This document shows positions 63,280 to 64,000 of a stretch of 64,000 nt of DNA, piece by piece. The stretch covers positions 682,001-746,000 of the forward strand of contig NW_025767102.1 in NCBI RefSeq assembly GCF_003918875.1, in the 5' to 3' direction. The DNA comes from Haliotis rubra. Lineage: Eukaryota. Position numbers and translations under genes: made by a program. The notes below the pieces were generated by a model. That model was given only the letters and a program-made list of their open reading frames with translations. It was not told where the DNA came from and made no database searches. The first letter of the stretch is position 1; the number at the start of each line of letters is the position of its first letter.

Positions 63280-64000
63280 GGTGTCTGGAAAAATACAATC
63301 GTAAAAAAAGTAAAGGTTTTGGACAGTTCTTAATATTTCTATTACTCGAGCGGCTTAAGACAATACATGCTCACTCACTCAACCACTCCGACTTTGATTC
63401 TAAAGAGATATGTCGTACAAGAATGAGGGAAAAGTCAAGCTAATTCAACAATACTACATGACTTGAATGAGTTTGGTATATGGCCGCTTTGAACAGTATT
63501 ATGGCGGCATAGCGGCTTAATGATCGAGTAGTGAGTGAGTTTAGTTTTACGCCGCTTTTATCAATATTCCATCAATATCATGGAGGGGGGCACCAGAAAT
63601 GGGCTTCACACATTGACCTATGTGGGGATTCGAACCCGGATCTTCTGCGTGACGAGCGAACGTTTAACCACCAGGCTACCCCCACCGCCCCCTAATGATC
63701 GAGTAAGTCCAGCTGAAGCTGGATAGAGGTTTACATGTATCACAAACGAAGAATAATATTCAGGATGAATCGTACATTTGAACCCACGATCAGCGGATCC
63801 TGGTGCGGCTAAGAGACGCAGCCCTGAATTGAATTGTAGCTTAGACCATTACCTCACCATTGTAACCTCCCGCATTAGATCTTATTTTAAAAACACACGC
63901 ATACACTGGCATACACAAGTACACGCATGCAATTGCACAAGGCTACTGTTCTGTTGTCGAAACACCAGTATCCTGATGCATACCAAGTTTTGCTTGTTTG

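Overview
AT-rich animal genomic DNA. The SINE and LINE repertoire suggests a gastropod mollusc, probably abalone (inference). Two host genes bracket about 58 kb of repeat-derived sequence. On the left is the 3' end of a class A peptide-receptor-like GPCR (+). On the right is a 4-exon secreted precursor (-) with a signal peptide, an amphipathic helix, a six-Cys module, a GKR amidation/cleavage site and an EF-hand pair. Most of the interval (~4.75-48.5 kb) is a gene-free tandem triplication of an ~11 kb unit built from decayed Penelope-like, mariner and SINE relics. Each copy later gained its own insertions: a full-length I-group LINE, two Tc1 elements, SINEs and a 3 kb 42-bp minisatellite expansion, and a Gypsy LTR remnant sits at the copy 2/3 junction. 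The main find is at the LINE 5' end. It begins exactly at G1 of a 59-nt HDV-like (L1Tc-like) ribozyme fold with essentially no P4. The next structured motif in its 5' UTR reappears, with compensatory base changes, as the 5' terminus of an abundant SINE family that has no tRNA head and shares the LINE 3' tail. This suggests a ribozyme-LINE plus bipartite-SINE retroposition system. All alignments, translations and folds were done by eye.
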